Shown piece after piece: positions 63,690-64,000 of a DNA stretch of 64,000 nt (position 1 is the stretch's first letter; every line of letters begins with the position of its first letter). The translations under genes were made by a program, and so were the position numbers. The DNA is from an uncultured Acidobacteriota bacterium. Lineage in GTDB: Bacteria; Acidobacteriota; Blastocatellia; Pyrinomonadales; Pyrinomonadaceae. The stretch is taken from assembly GCA_963711585.1 (NCBI GenBank), contig CAVQEU010000002.1:175711-239710 (forward strand), written 5' to 3'. Below the pieces are notes generated by a model. It saw only the letters and a program-made list of their open reading frames with translations. It was not told the DNA's origin and did not search any database.

Positions 63690-64000
63690 ATGTCTGTAAT
63701 TTCAATAAGTGCGAAAGACGCGAAGCTTCACCAGATCGTGCGCACGCTCCTTCCAGAGTACACAATCGGCGGCGAGGGACGGCCCGACCTGCTCATCGCC
63801 GAACTGTCGGGCGAGCGCGACTGCACCGGGGCGAAGGCGATTCGGAAACTCCGGGAAACGTACCCGACGCTTCACGTCGTGGTCATCTCGGGCGGGAGTT
63901 CCCCGGCCGTGACGCAGCAGGCCGTGCGCCTGCGCGTGGATGATTTCTTCACGCTGCCGGCCGAGAGCGCGGAATTCAGAGACTCTGTAACGGCGCTCGT
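63690..64000 (+). CDS. receiver-like domain protein, 5' partial (runs off window end)
   Basis: The frame from ATG 63690 has no stop up to 64000 and is absent from the ORF track. PDLLIAELS..LHVVVISGG..VDDFFTLP resembles a degenerate REC fold. Confidence 0.45.
   Translation, partial: MSVISISAKDAKLHQIVRTLLPEYTIGGEGRPDLLIAELSGERDCTGAKAIRKLRETYPTLHVVVISGGSSPAVTQQAVRLRVDDFFTLPAESAEFRDSVTAL

Overview
This is a high-GC bacterial chromosome segment. I estimate about 65% GC from by-eye counts of single 60-nt lines. The gene content looks Acidobacteriota-like: a CarboxypepD_reg-type TonB-dependent receptor, several secreted TPR proteins, and an ECF sigma / Ser-Thr kinase pair. That taxon call is inference only.

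I support about 50 protein-coding genes:
- The tail of an RND efflux operon: permease, a TolC-like lipoprotein with a long P/Q-rich tether, and a short HlyD-like lipoprotein.
- A plant-glycan/galactose locus: secreted ConA-like protein, frameshifted GH51 arabinofuranosidase, galT, galK, LacI regulator, orphan YtfQ-like sugar-binding lipoprotein, GH43, DUF4380-like protein, and SGNH acetylesterase.
- A Uma2 nuclease, an MFS DHA2 pump, esterases, and a di-haem cytochrome c peroxidase.
- A KaiC-like double-domain ATPase translationally coupled to a pseudo-receiver/PAS hybrid histidine kinase.
- A rhomboid protease divergent from an exosortase-family + EpsI-like pair, whose 5' end carries two G9 tracts.
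- ArfB, an ABM monooxygenase, a TonB_C protein, and a YcaQ/AlkZ-like gene broken by a 4-bp duplication.
- A ~1.9-kb low-GC islet (small membrane protein, AbrB-like, XRE-like), followed by a second hybrid kinase.
- AraC and TetR regulators and large secreted proteins of unknown function.
- A lower-GC patch with an SDR, a 1002-aa Mrr-like-nuclease/NACHT STAND NTPase (candidate NLR-like antiphage gene), and a secreted ComEC-type MBL hydrolase.
- An ECF sigma with a polytopic Ser/Thr kinase.

I found no rRNA, tRNA, CRISPR array, transposase or integrase.

The intergenic DNA is dominated by at least four families of palindromic repeats:
- Hairpins whose arms are tandem 8-mers.
- Hairpins whose arms are tandem 7-mers that supply ATG/TGA in all frames.
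- A 27-bp inverted repeat (IR).
- ~200-bp nested multi-hairpin palindromes.

Several genes show frame disruptions, so assembly indels versus real pseudogenes must be resolved from reads.

CDS coordinates are anchored on the supplied ORF track. Repeat coordinates are good to about +/-3 nt.
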